From an uncultured bacterium (GTDB taxonomy: Bacteria > Babelota > Babeliae > Babelales > Babelaceae): a DNA stretch of 64,000 bases. The notes beneath the pieces were generated by a model. The model ran no database searches, was not told where the DNA came from, and saw only the letters and a program-made list of their open reading frames with translations. The DNA lies in NCBI GenBank assembly GCA_963722385.1, contig CAVRKK010000002.1:512001-576000 (forward strand), in the 5' to 3' direction. The stretch's first letter is position 1. Each line of letters starts with the position of its first letter. Positions 10,185 to 21,309 of the stretch are shown piece after piece. The position numbers were made by a program, and so were the translations under genes.

Positions 10185-12757
10185 CTACAGCTCTTCATTT
10201 CCTGCTGGTCCATAGTTAACAATACCGCTACTATCATAATTAACAACTCCGCTTCCCTTATAACGAGCAATATACTTCCATATAAAATAAGCAGCAATAC
10301 CAACTACTACTAATCCAGTAATACCAGCTACACCACCTACGATTGGTCCTGCTATTATGCCAATATTTATAGAACTTCCATCACCACTATTTCCATCACC
10401 TCCACCAGTACTACTCGAACTTCCAAAGATTTGGGAGATAGATACATCATCAGAGTAGAGGTTAGCTGTAGCAACCAAAGAGTCGCCTGTACCTGAAAGT
10501 GTTGGGGAGAATGCTATTGATACACAGTGTGTGGAATTGTTTGGTAAAAAATAAGAGGTGGTATTGTAAAGTATACTATTAGTGGTTTCTAAAAGAGCAA
10601 TGGTGTTTGAGCCACTATTAGCTGTAGCAAGATAGGAAGCATCTTGAGAAAGGGCGATAGAGCTTGGTTGGGCGTTACCTTGTGGTATTTGCCGAGATTG
10701 CGCGTCGGATAATGTGTTTCCAGTAATAAGAAAAAAAGAAATAGTATCAGATCCACTGTTTGACACAGCTACAATAATGTTTTGGTTATTATCTAAAAAA
10801 GAGATGATGGAAGAAGGGACTGTAGAACTTGTTGGTATAGGCTTGGAGATGCTGTTTGCTAGTGCGCCATCGACTATTTGAAAAAGCGTAACATCTTGTG
10901 ACTGAGCGTTGGCAGTTACGAGAAAGTTATTATCAGGTGTAAAAGTTAAAGCTACCGGTTGCGTAGAATTTATCAAAGGGTAAGAGAGAGGATTTTGAAG
11001 AATTCCAGCAGAGGCAGTGAAAAGTGTCACATCGCTTGAGGCGCTATTTGCTGTGGCAAGATAGGTATCATTGGGAGAAAAAGCTACTAGGAATATGAAG
11101 TTCCTCCGGCTAAAGCTCCACCAGATCCTACCTGAAATACTGTTACATTATTAGAAGACCAGTTAGCAATAGCCAGATAAGAGCCATTGGGTGAAAATGC
11201 TGCTGAAATAGGCCCTGAAGAGCCTGAGGGCAACGCATAGGATGTTCCTCCACTTAATACACCACCTACTCCTACCTGAAATATGGTAACATCATTTGAG
11301 CTATAATTAGCTGTAGCTAAATAGGAACCATTAGGCGAGAATGTTACCGCGTTAGGACTGGTAGAACCGCTTGGTAAAGCATAAGAGGTTGCTCCTGAAA
11401 GAGTTCCTCCTGCTGCAACCTGAAATACGGTTACGTTGTTTGAAACGTAATTTGCCGTAGCAAGATATAAACCGCTAGGTGAAAATGCTATTGACAGTGG
11501 ATCCAGAGAACCAGAGGGCAAAGCATATGAGATACCGCCACTTAGAGGATTTGCCGCTTGCCATATCGTTACATTATTTGATGTTTTATTAGCGGTCGCA
11601 AAATATGTTCCACTAGGAGAAAATGCTATTGAGGAAGGATAGGCAGGACCTTGTGGTAATGGATAGGAGGTTCCTGTTGATAATGCTCCCCCTGCTCCTA
11701 CAGCAAATAGTGTTATGTCGTTGGAATTTCCATTAGCGGTAGTAAGATAGGAGCCATTTGGTGAAAATGCTATTGAACCAGGGCCTGAAGAACTACCTGG
11801 TAGAGCATATGAAGTTCCTCCTGATAGTGTTCCTCCCGCTCCTACTTGAAATACCGTTACATTGCTGGAACCGAAATTAGCGGTGGTAAGATAGGAGCCA
11901 TTTGGTGAAAATGCTGCTGAGTAAGGATTGGTAGAACCGCTTGGTAAAGCATAAGAAGTTGCCCCCGACAGCACCCCTCCTGCTCCCACTTGAAATATCG
12001 TTACGTCATTTGATGTCTGATTAGCGGTAGCTAGGTATGAGCCATTAGGTGAAAATGCTATTGCATCAGGGCTGATAGAACCGCTTGGTAATGCATACGA
12101 TATTGCTCCTGACAGAGTTCCTCCAACTCCTACCTGAAATATTGTTACATCAAGTGAAAAAGCATTAGAGGTAGCAAGAAATAATCCATTTGGTGAAAAT
12201 GTTACCGCATTAGGGCTGGTAGAACCGCTTGGCAATGCATACGATGTTGCTCCTGACAGAGTTCCTCCCGCTCCTACTTGAAATATCGTCACATCATTTG
12301 AGCTAGAGTTAGCAGTAGCTAAGTAAGCTCCATCGGGAGAAAAGGTTATAGATATAGGCTGTACAGAACCTACCGGCAAAGAGTACGATGTCTCATTGGA
12401 TAATGTCCCATTTGCTCCTACTTGAAATATAGTAACATTAGCTGAATTAGAATTAGCGGTTGCAAGGTATAAGCCGTTAGGCGAAAATGCTATTCCATCA
12501 GGACCGCTGGAATCAGTTGGCAAAACATAGGTATTCCCTGTCCCTGTCGCTACACTAAATATGGCTACGTTACTCGAGTTAGTATTAGCTGTAGCTACAT
12601 AAGACCCGCTGGGAGAAAACGCTACTGAAAACGGAACCAACCCTTCGGGTGATACGTAGCTTGTTCCAGTAAGTCTACAGATAGCATGAGTTGTAAAGGA
12701 AGGTAGGAACACAAAAGCTAGTAATAAAACGGTGTACTTTAGGTAAGATTTGAACAT
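10185..12757 (-). pseudogene. frameshifted beta-propeller repeat protein with signal peptide and C-terminal TM (ORFs 11087-12757 and 10185-11030)
   Basis: ~48-aa repeats 'YALPSGS..P.SIAFSPNGSYLATAN..SNDVTIFQVG'; after TCA TAT TCC TAG at ~11090 another frame continues 'VAFSPNDTYLATANSASSDVTLF' into the second ORF; intact paralogue at 29940-32240. Confidence 0.8.
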
Positions 12758-12913
12758 ATGGGCTCCTTAATGACCATTGCAATGATATATTTTATTGGGG
12801 AGCATAGAAAAAAATATTCTTTTTACAAGTAGGCGCAACGCCTGTGGCTAGCCATAAGATATTAAGCAAATGTGGTATACTGAAAACGACATTTTGCTAT
12901 TCTTGAGGTACTT

Positions 12914-13246
12914 ATGCTTGAGAGAGAATTAATTGAGGGTGTTGTTAATGATGCTCGCGATAAGTTAATTAAAACCTATAATCCATGGGAAATTTATATA
13001 TTTGGGTCCTACGCCTGGGGGTACCCTACTCATGAGAGCGATCTTGACTTCCTTGTGATAGTTGACGCTGAAATTAAAGATCGTTATCGAGCGCTTGTTG
13101 AAGGATATCGCGCCTTGGTTGAGCTTCCAGTTCCTAAAGATATTTTGCTCTTGACGCGAGAAGAATTCGAGCAAGCTTCCGAGAGATTTTCGTCCTTACA
13201 CTACAAAATTAAACGGCAAGGGAAGAAGATTTATGCCAGAGCATAA
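12914..13246 (+). CDS. minimal nucleotidyltransferase (MNT) antitoxin
   Basis: IYIFGSYAWG...SDLDFLVI (GSx10DxD); overlaps a HEPN gene. Confidence 0.9.
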   Translation: MLERELIEGVVNDARDKLIKTYNPWEIYIFGSYAWGYPTHESDLDFLVIVDAEIKDRYRALVEGYRALVELPVPKDILLLTREEFEQASERFSSLHYKIKRQGKKIYARA

Positions 13247-13613
13247 AGATTGGCTTGTTTTTGCTGAAAGAGATCTTAAGGCCGCGACAATTCTTATATA
13301 TTCGCAAGAACCAATTCTGCCGATCGCTCTTTATCTTACACAACAATGCGCAGAGAAATCGCTTAAAGCCTTTCTTGTATTTAAAAAAATTGCGCCAGAC
13401 AAGATTCATGATCTAACACGCCTTATTAACCAATGTACAAAAATTGATCAAGAATTTAACCGTTTATTGACTTGCGCCTTAGAATTACATCCCTATGTTA
13501 GTGGCACTCGTTATCCCGATTCTTTTTTACCAATGATGGATCTTTCGCTTGCAATGTCTGCAATTCGAAGCGCAACGAATATACTTGAGTTTGTTAAGGA
13601 TAAAACATTATAA
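13233..13613 (+). CDS. HEPN domain protein (MNT-HEPN module)
   Basis: W...AERDL..A, QQCAEKSLKAFL, KIHDLTRL, TRYP. Confidence 0.9.
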   Translation: MPEHKDWLVFAERDLKAATILIYSQEPILPIALYLTQQCAEKSLKAFLVFKKIAPDKIHDLTRLINQCTKIDQEFNRLLTCALELHPYVSGTRYPDSFLPMMDLSLAMSAIRSATNILEFVKDKTL

Positions 13614-13779
13614 CGGCACTTTAGCACTTTCCTGACGGAAAAGTTTTGATAACTCCCCTGCCGCCGACCGCGGAGGTCATTCAATGCTCGCCGCATAGGC
13701 GTTATTCCGATCTAGTCTTTGACAGAAGGCGCTTCTGATGTGAAATACCTAGCTCTTATACAAGAAATTCTAACGATAC

Positions 13780-14571
13780 TTAGCTTTCAAGTTTCGCCTG
13801 GCTTAAAAGTTTTATTTCGTCCAAAGAGAGAAGCTTATATTCCGCACCAGATTTTCCATAACTATCTTTTGTTTCTTTATAATAAGGCACGGTAGCTTCA
13901 CCCTTGTTGAGTAGCTCTGCTAAAGCGATAAAAACCTCTTTATCTGCTTCCGAGCGCGATCCTCCCTCGATAAACCACACGCTATATGCAGAATTATAAT
14001 AATAAACTTGAATACGTGGTTCGCCATATCCGAGGTCATTTTTTTCCCTAAAAATGAAAGCTATAAATGGCCGGCCAGCTTCATCATAGCTATAAAAATA
14101 GGGGCTGTTTGCCTGCACAAAATCGCTCATCCTTATATACAATGGAAGCACATAGCCATCAAGTGATATAAATCTTTTTCTTGGATTAAACGGCATAAAT
14201 GGAATCGCATTTCTCCAGGGTAATCGGGTGTGCCTCATTATTGAGCTTGCAAAAGCCCAAAATTCTTGATCTTGATTTGCTAAATTTGTTTCAAAATTAA
14301 TTGCCGCCTCAATCTGTCGCTCGTTACTTAATTCATCATATCTTTCTGTTGCAGCAGGTACGTTAACCACTTCGGTAGCATTAGCAATGGGTACCCGGGA
14401 AGTATTGCCACCATTCATGGCAAGTATTTCATAAGCATTCATGGCGAACATTTCATCGTGAATATCAACGTAGTCCCCTGATGGTTCATGCGGATTTTCC
14501 ATGCTATACGACAGAGAGCAAAGGCTCAAAAAAACCACAAACATCCCATTTTTACCATTGACAGTTTGCAT
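13780..14571 (-). CDS. hypothetical secreted protein
   Basis: signal-like segment ending 'SYSME'; ATG at 14571 preceded by AGAGGG; no recognisable domain. Confidence 0.65.
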   Translation of the reverse strand: MQTVNGKNGMFVVFLSLCSLSYSMENPHEPSGDYVDIHDEMFAMNAYEILAMNGGNTSRVPIANATEVVNVPAATERYDELSNERQIEAAINFETNLANQDQEFWAFASSIMRHTRLPWRNAIPFMPFNPRKRFISLDGYVLPLYIRMSDFVQANSPYFYSYDEAGRPFIAFIFREKNDLGYGEPRIQVYYYNSAYSVWFIEGGSRSEADKEVFIALAELLNKGEATVPYYKETKDSYGKSGAEYKLLSLDEIKLLSQAKLES

Positions 14572-14757
14572 GTAATTAGCCCTCTTTACGATCAGAATAA
14601 AATTTTTGGATTTTAACATAATAGATTTTAAGCAATATATAGGTTGCTGTCAATAACGCCGAAGATCCGCGATTGCTCAACATTTTTTACCGTATTCTAT
14701 GATTATGCTCCAGCAGTCTGATAGACTAAACCTACTGGTTATTACGGGAGGGAAGAC

Positions 14758-15150
14758 ATGAAGACACGGATACCCCACATTTTAGCAACAATCATACTAT
14801 TTTATGCAGAGTCGGGTGCTCAAAATGTGCCAGCAGCCAAGCTGAACAAGCAACGTATTGAGCTCCAAAAAGAGGGGAGATCATCCAAGGACGTCGAGCG
14901 ATTTAAAAGACAGCAAGAAGTTGCTGGTTTTGTCCGCCATATGCCCAATAAAATTATACGGGACGCTGAGCTCAATAAAAACGAAGGGTACCTCGTCAAT
15001 AGCCGCAATCAGAAATGGCCGGTCTTTTTCACTGATCAAGAGCTTAATGCTCAAAACCCCGCTGCAGCAAGCAATTTCTACCTCGGCTATTTTTATGATC
15101 TTCAAGACAAAACAACCAAGCACGTATACCTTAAAACTCCTTCACTTTAA
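14758..15150 (+). CDS. hypothetical secreted protein
   Basis: 130-aa ORF with GGAGGG RBS and N-terminal signal-like sequence. Confidence 0.6.
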   Translation: MKTRIPHILATIILFYAESGAQNVPAAKLNKQRIELQKEGRSSKDVERFKRQQEVAGFVRHMPNKIIRDAELNKNEGYLVNSRNQKWPVFFTDQELNAQNPAAASNFYLGYFYDLQDKTTKHVYLKTPSL

Positions 15151-15155
15151 GCATG

Positions 15156-17906
15156 CTACTTGGTAACCTCTTGCCAATTTTTTCCCGTTCGCGCTGTCAC
15201 GAGTAAAGGAACGTTCCAATGCACGATGTTCTGCAACGTATCAATAACAAGCGGCTGCACAACACCAAGCTCAGCTTCGGGAACTGCAAGAATAAGCTCA
15301 TCGTGTATTTGCAACACAAGCCTCGATGCAAGCTGTTTGGTTGCTAAAAGCCCATCAAGTGCAATCATGCCGAGCTTCATAAGCTCTGCTTGGCTGCCCT
15401 GTATAATCGTGTTGATAGCAATGCGGCGCGCAAGCTCATATACCGTTCGGTTCTTCTCGCGAATACCGAGCACGTAGCGCCGACGCCCCCACAGCGTCTG
15501 TACGTACCCCTTTTCTTTGGCATTCTCAACAACCTCATGCATCCATGCAACAACACCAGGAAACTGAGCAAAGTATTTTTGTATATACTGTTCCGCATTT
15601 TTATAAGGAATACCAAGGTCCTTAGAAAGCCCAAAAGGGGATAGGCCATACAAGATACTAAAGTTGATGCGCTTTGCGAGCGCTCGTTGCTCGGAATGAA
15701 CATGCTCGACGGGAATATCAAAAAGGCCTGCAGCTGTTTGCGCATGAATATCGTGTCGCTCCAAAAATGCCTGCATTAATCTTGCATCCTGCGACACGTA
15801 GGCCAAAACGCGTAACTCGATTTGCGAGTAATCCGCTGACAAGAATACCTGGCCCTCTGGTGCCTTAAAGGCTGAACGAATAGGCAATGCCCCAGGGGTT
15901 GTCCCTGTTGGAATGTTTTGCAAATTAGGATCAGAACTCGCCAAGCGTCCAGTTGCTGTTGCCGTTTGGCTAAATGACGTGTGCACTCTGCCCGTATACG
16001 GATTAATAAACCCCTTTAGGGCATCAAGATAAGTGCTTTTGATCTTATAAAGCTCGCGATACTTAAGAATAAGCTCGCAAATAGGATTCAACTTGGCGAG
16101 CTCTGTCAACACCGTATGGTCAGTTGAGTACCCTGTTTTTTGCGTTGTTTTTTTTATACGCGGAAGCTTGAGCACATCGAACAACAGCTGGCCAAGCTGG
16201 CGAGGCGCATTAAGATTAATGTGCCGCCAGTCTTCTGGTATAAGCGCTCGTATTTCATCTTCAAGGGTCCGCAATTCATCTGCCACCCGTACCGAGAGCG
16301 CTTCAAGCACACCAGGATCAACGATAACGCCCTCTTTTTCCATTTTAGACAAAACGGGCAGCAGCGCCATCTCAATGGTAGAGAACAGATGCGCTTGCTG
16401 CTCTTCATCAAGCCTCTTTTGTAAAAAAGCCACGAGAGCCAACGTTTGATGCGCGTCTGCTGCAGCATATTGGGTTGCTTGATCAAGCCCAACTTCTGAA
16501 AAGTTCTTCAGCTTGCGCTTTGTTACGACTTCATCATACGTCATCATCGGCTGGTCAAGATAAAAGTTAGAAAGCCACTTAAGGCTCAACTGCTGGCCCT
16601 CTCTGCTCACTAACTGCGCTGCTATAAGCGTGTCAAAGGCAACTCCTGCAAGCGGCATGCCAGCACGAAACAAAACGAGGTCATCAAACTTTGTACTATG
16701 AAGATATTTTTTGATCGATGTATCGGCAAGTAGTGGCCCGAGACACGAAGCAACCGTCTGATAATCAAGCTGTTGCCCTTGTTTGTGCCCCAGGGGGATA
16801 TAGTAGGCAGTGCCCGGCTCAACACATAATGAAATACCAACCAGATTCGAGTCAAACGAGCGGAGAGAACTGGTCTCCGTATCAATGGCACAGTGGCCAT
16901 GCTGCATAATAAGGTCACGTATTTCATACAGTTGCTGCTTTGTTGTCACGGTGGTAAAGCGAGCGTTAAAAACGCTCTCGCCGGGGTGTGCTAATGCCTG
17001 CCTGGGTACTTCACCCTCCGGTAGCGGCAAGTCCTTAAGCAAAGACATAAAATCGAGCTCTTTAAAAAAGTCGCGCGCGTTGGCCCAATTATTCTTGCTA
17101 AACGTGCATGATTGCTCGGAAAGACCAGAAGAGTAATAGGTAAGCGCAAAAAGCTTTTCGCTCAAAAATGCTGCATCGCGCGAGGCGGCTAGCAGCTCAC
17201 GCACACGTAGCCTCTCAACGCGGTCAAGATTGGCGTAAAGATCGGCTAAAGAATCAAACTGATTGACAAGCTCCTGCGCCGTTTTAGGCCCTACCCCTTT
17301 AACGCCTGGAATGTTATCAGATGCGTCACCTATAAGAGCAAAGTAAAAAATAAGCTTACTGACGGGTACGCCATAACGCAGCTCTACCGCCTCCCTATCA
17401 AGAAACTCATCTTTAAAAGGATCAAAGATTATCATAGTATCGCTCAGGCACTGCCGCATGTCTTTGTCAGAGGTGACCATGACAGCCGTATACCCATGAG
17501 CCGTAAAATCACGCCCAATTGAATATACGAGATCATCAGCCTCAACGCCATCGCGCTCAACCTGGCAAAGACCAATGGCTGTAGCAAAGTCTTTTACGAG
17601 CTGCCGTTGATCATTTAATTCTGAGGGAGCAGCTTGACGCTGCGCTTTATAGCTCGTATACAATACCTGCCTAAACGTCGGCTTACCTGGCCGAGGGTCC
17701 CACACAATGACGCAGCATTCTGGGCTAAATTGGTTAATTAACTTCTTAATCATGCGACAAAAACCATAAACCACCTGAACCGGCTGGCCCATTTTGGTAT
17801 GCATGGGTGGAAGACTATAATACGCTCGATAAAGAAATGATGAGCCATCAATCAAAAAAATCGTATTTTTAGTATCAAAATCTTTTTTTACTATGCTTTT
17901 ACTCAT
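15156..17906 (-). CDS. polA: DNA polymerase I
   Basis: LIDGSSFLYRAYY and GDASDNIPGVKGVGPKTA (5' nuclease), DTET (3'-5' exonuclease), DYSQIELR, AKRINFSILYG, QIHDEL. Confidence 0.98.
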   Translation of the reverse strand: MSKSIVKKDFDTKNTIFLIDGSSFLYRAYYSLPPMHTKMGQPVQVVYGFCRMIKKLINQFSPECCVIVWDPRPGKPTFRQVLYTSYKAQRQAAPSELNDQRQLVKDFATAIGLCQVERDGVEADDLVYSIGRDFTAHGYTAVMVTSDKDMRQCLSDTMIIFDPFKDEFLDREAVELRYGVPVSKLIFYFALIGDASDNIPGVKGVGPKTAQELVNQFDSLADLYANLDRVERLRVRELLAASRDAAFLSEKLFALTYYSSGLSEQSCTFSKNNWANARDFFKELDFMSLLKDLPLPEGEVPRQALAHPGESVFNARFTTVTTKQQLYEIRDLIMQHGHCAIDTETSSLRSFDSNLVGISLCVEPGTAYYIPLGHKQGQQLDYQTVASCLGPLLADTSIKKYLHSTKFDDLVLFRAGMPLAGVAFDTLIAAQLVSREGQQLSLKWLSNFYLDQPMMTYDEVVTKRKLKNFSEVGLDQATQYAAADAHQTLALVAFLQKRLDEEQQAHLFSTIEMALLPVLSKMEKEGVIVDPGVLEALSVRVADELRTLEDEIRALIPEDWRHINLNAPRQLGQLLFDVLKLPRIKKTTQKTGYSTDHTVLTELAKLNPICELILKYRELYKIKSTYLDALKGFINPYTGRVHTSFSQTATATGRLASSDPNLQNIPTGTTPGALPIRSAFKAPEGQVFLSADYSQIELRVLAYVSQDARLMQAFLERHDIHAQTAAGLFDIPVEHVHSEQRALAKRINFSILYGLSPFGLSKDLGIPYKNAEQYIQKYFAQFPGVVAWMHEVVENAKEKGYVQTLWGRRRYVLGIREKNRTVYELARRIAINTIIQGSQAELMKLGMIALDGLLATKQLASRLVLQIHDELILAVPEAELGVVQPLVIDTLQNIVHWNVPLLVTARTGKNWQEVTK

Positions 17907-18177
17907 GTTATACCAAATTATACGCAGAATTATGTAGCGTGTTCTCGAGGCAGCATGTTTACCGTATCATAACAAAATTGCTTGGGCAAACATATAAATA
18001 ATATATTCAATTAGCAAATTTGTCAATTTTTCTGATGAATTTGGCCTATCAAAATTAGTATTTTTATTGCAAAACAACGATCTTGCTGCGCTTGGCACAC
18101 GCTTGCTGAAAATAATATTTACAACACACTATGAGCAATCTATACTCGCAATAATCTCAGCAAAAAAGGGAGCTCAA

Positions 18178-19098
18178 ATGGCCAGAAAAATGTTGCCACT
18201 AATCTCATTTGTGGCCTGCTTAGCCGCATTAGGCGAAGCTGCTACCTATCCCAAAAAAGATATCGCCTGCATCACGATCCCCAAGTCAGGGACGCACCTT
18301 TTATATAAGTGCTTAAAGTTGCTCGATTCAAAAAACATTCAGCATCCCCATAAAAATGGCCTTTCTTTAGGCGACATAGCAAAAATTCGTCAGCTTAATA
18401 AACGTCAACCGCCTTATCATTATAAAGGCTTTTTTCATATACCAACGGTTGGTCCTCTACCGAACGGCATGATTCGGCGTATGCAAGCCTCGACCGAGAC
18501 GCATACCTTTTGGAATCACTGGCCTTATACGCCTCAGTGCGAAGCTGCTTTTAATAAGTATACCTACGCCAACTTCTTTATGATTCGTGACCCCCGCGAT
18601 CAGCTCGTCTCAATGGCCTTTATGATATATAAAAATCATGATGGCAAAACAGTGCCGCTCAAAAAGGTCATTCTCGACTTAATCGATGGTCGACAACAGG
18701 CTTACGTGCCCTGGGGAGTCGAAATTCAAGCAGCCTATCCTCTCATGTGGGAATTGGGTGTTGTCAGGTTTTATCGAGCTTATTTACCTTGGATGAAAGC
18801 CTCTAAATTTCATACGGTCATTTTTGAAAATCTTGTGGGCCCTCATGGTGGCGGCTCAAAGACTGCTCAAGTACGAGAAATACAAAGAATTGCACACCAC
18901 CTTGGTTTAGAGCCAACACCTTACAAAATTGAATCTGTCATTAAAAAACTCTTTGGCGGTACGTTGACGTTTAGGGAAGGGAAAATTGGCTCCTGGAAAA
19001 AATACTTTACCCCAGAAATCAAAAAAGCATTTAAAGGCACCCGCGGAGCTTGCCGTCTTCTTATAGAACTCGGCTATGAAAAGGATGCAAATTGGTGA
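18178..19098 (+). CDS. PAPS-dependent sulfotransferase domain protein with signal peptide
   Basis: TIPKSGTHLL (5'-PSB loop), RDPRDQLVS (3'-PB), FREGKIGSWKKYF; ATG at 18178. Confidence 0.88.
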   Translation: MARKMLPLISFVACLAALGEAATYPKKDIACITIPKSGTHLLYKCLKLLDSKNIQHPHKNGLSLGDIAKIRQLNKRQPPYHYKGFFHIPTVGPLPNGMIRRMQASTETHTFWNHWPYTPQCEAAFNKYTYANFFMIRDPRDQLVSMAFMIYKNHDGKTVPLKKVILDLIDGRQQAYVPWGVEIQAAYPLMWELGVVRFYRAYLPWMKASKFHTVIFENLVGPHGGGSKTAQVREIQRIAHHLGLEPTPYKIESVIKKLFGGTLTFREGKIGSWKKYFTPEIKKAFKGTRGACRLLIELGYEKDANW

Positions 19099-20345
19099 TC
19101 AAACAATCAAGCATACGCATATGTGCTCTTACCTTTCTGCTCATAACCAGTAGCCTGAAACCGGAAACTCCCTATGACCTGACCGTGGTCAGCAGCATCG
19201 ATTTTAACGGCAGTGTTCGCCGTCATGCTATCGGCTTGATCGAATGCCTGAAAGAGCAGCTTTCGATCAATTTTATACCCTCACGAGAATGCGTTTTTGA
19301 CGATGTTGACCCCGGAGTAAAAAAAATAGTTCAAAATACCGATAGGCGGCCTGGCAACGTCGCTATTCTTGAGGACCCATTATGGTACGCCCATGCCATG
19401 CCCAAAAGCCCCATCAAGCTTGCCTTCTCCGTCAATGAGTCGACAAAACTGCCAAAGCAATTAGTAGATATCCTCAATAAGCAATTCGATGCCGTTATTG
19501 TTGCCGACCCGTATTATAAGCCTATTTATAAAACATCAGGGGTTGCCATACCGATATTTCATATACCTCTGGGAATTTATATCGATGAGTTCCTCAAAAG
19601 CCCGGAAAAGAAGGCACCGAATCACCCCTTTGTTTTCGGCTGCAGCTCACGCTTCTTCGCAAGAAAAAATTTTGAAATCTTGATCAAGGCATTCATGCAA
19701 GAATTTGGTAATAACAAAAATGTTATATTACGAATCAATGGGGGTGGCAAGCATGGGTCAGTTTTCTATTACAATCGGTTAAAAAGCATGATTAAGCAGC
19801 TCAATGCTTCCAACATCCTTATTTCCAATACGGCGCTTTCATGGAAAGCATATATTCGTTTTCTCTTGTCGATGGACTGCGTTGTCCAAATCTCTCGTGG
19901 TGAGGGATTTTCTATTGTTCCTCGTGAAGCCATGGCTGCGGGCATTCCCGCTATCGTAACCAATAACACCGCCCAGAAGACAATCTGTGCTTCCGGTTTT
20001 GTACGCGCGGTGCCAAGCGATATCTTAGTCTCGCCGCATTGCAAGGGAGACAACTGCAAAGGCTACCAATTTAACTGTACGGTAGCTGATGTTAGAAAAG
20101 CGCTGCGAGACATGTATACCAACTATAATTATTACCTTGCGTTGATGCCAAAAGCACGCACCTGGGTTAAGAAATACCGCTGGAAGAACTTGAGGAAAAA
20201 ATACTTAACGCTCTTTAAGCCTCAGCGCGTTTTGTTGGGCAACCGTAACGAAGTAACCGCTACCTATCTTATAACAACATCCAAAGCTTTATATGATAAG
20301 TATAAAAGACTACAAAGCCTCAATGCTCAAAGGGAGAAGTCATGA
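19092..20345 (+). CDS. GT-B (GT4-like) glycosyltransferase with signal peptide
   Basis: RKNFEILIKAF, SRGEGFSIVPREAMAAGIPAIVT (Ex7E motif). Confidence 0.88.
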   Translation: MVIKQSSIRICALTFLLITSSLKPETPYDLTVVSSIDFNGSVRRHAIGLIECLKEQLSINFIPSRECVFDDVDPGVKKIVQNTDRRPGNVAILEDPLWYAHAMPKSPIKLAFSVNESTKLPKQLVDILNKQFDAVIVADPYYKPIYKTSGVAIPIFHIPLGIYIDEFLKSPEKKAPNHPFVFGCSSRFFARKNFEILIKAFMQEFGNNKNVILRINGGGKHGSVFYYNRLKSMIKQLNASNILISNTALSWKAYIRFLLSMDCVVQISRGEGFSIVPREAMAAGIPAIVTNNTAQKTICASGFVRAVPSDILVSPHCKGDNCKGYQFNCTVADVRKALRDMYTNYNYYLALMPKARTWVKKYRWKNLRKKYLTLFKPQRVLLGNRNEVTATYLITTSKALYDKYKRLQSLNAQREKS

Positions 20346-21262
20346 TTTTTCAAAAAAATTGCATTGCCACGGTAGCTTTCTTGGTATTAAGCAGCGTCAC
20401 CGGTTTATGGGGCAAACCACCAAGCTTGTTACAGCAGGTATATGGTAAAAAAGATAAAATAATGTGCGTAACCATACCAAAAGCAGGTACCCACTTGCTT
20501 ATTAAATGCTTAACACTCCTCGGGATTGATGGTATTCAATTTGACTATAATGAGCAAAAAAACATCAAAGACCGCAAGCAAAGCAATTATCAAAAGATCT
20601 CAGCAAAAGAGTTTGCCGGTCTAGCATTTGAGCGCCTTTCTCGACGAATTCTTATAAATAAAGGAGTAAGGCGAGGGTTTCTCGTCCATCTTCCGTTTGC
20701 TCCAAAATATATTCCCTTTTTTTCTGAATGCACGGAGAAAAATTTCCTTATGATCCGCGACCCACGCGACCAGCTTATTTCATTAGCCTCTACCGCTATT
20801 CAAGACCCCCAAAATAGGCAAGAATATTTACCCGAGATTCTTCTTTCCTTACTTGAGGGTAAACATAAAGCCAAGCCTTGGTCACCATATCATGTGGCAA
20901 TTGACCTTGTCTGGTCTATTGGCATTGTTAAATTTTACCAGTCATTTTTAAAATGGGCCGAACAGCCTAACTTTTACGTCGTTCGCTTCGAAAATCTTGT
21001 TGGATCCGAAGGTGGAGGCGATCAGGATCTTCAAATTAACGAGATAAAAAAGATAGCGCGCCACTTGGGCGTAAAAGTTTCTTCTAAAAAAATTCACGAA
21101 GTAACAAAGAGCCTTTTTGGAAAATCACAAACATTTAAAGAGGGCCAAGCGAACTCGTGGCAGCGATACTTTACGCCTGAGGTTAAGCAAGCTTTCAAAG
21201 CAGTACCCGGTGCTTGCCAGTTGCTCATTGCTCTCGGCTATGAAAAAGATTGTAATTGGTAA
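20342..21262 (+). CDS. PAPS-dependent sulfotransferase domain protein with signal peptide (paralogue of 18178)
   Basis: TIPKAGTHLL, RDPRDQLIS, FKEGQANSWQRYF; shares FENLVG..GGG and the LGYEKD.NW ending with the upstream paralogue. Confidence 0.88.
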   Translation: MIFQKNCIATVAFLVLSSVTGLWGKPPSLLQQVYGKKDKIMCVTIPKAGTHLLIKCLTLLGIDGIQFDYNEQKNIKDRKQSNYQKISAKEFAGLAFERLSRRILINKGVRRGFLVHLPFAPKYIPFFSECTEKNFLMIRDPRDQLISLASTAIQDPQNRQEYLPEILLSLLEGKHKAKPWSPYHVAIDLVWSIGIVKFYQSFLKWAEQPNFYVVRFENLVGSEGGGDQDLQINEIKKIARHLGVKVSSKKIHEVTKSLFGKSQTFKEGQANSWQRYFTPEVKQAFKAVPGACQLLIALGYEKDCNW

Positions 21263-21271
21263 AAAGCTTGG

Positions 21272-21303
21272 TGCGGGTTGCGTCTGAATAAACGCAACCC
21301 GCA
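21272..21303. terminator. hairpin between convergent genes, probable bidirectional terminator
   Basis: TGCGGGTTGCGT / ACGCAACCCGCA perfect 12-bp stem. Confidence 0.75.
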
Positions 21304-21309
21304 TCTTAA

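Noticed and set aside
10185..12757. Tandem ~144-bp repeats as a CRISPR array or DGR target
   Set aside because: The repeats are in-frame coding blades with synonymous divergence; there are no unique spacers, cas genes or reverse transcriptase in the window.
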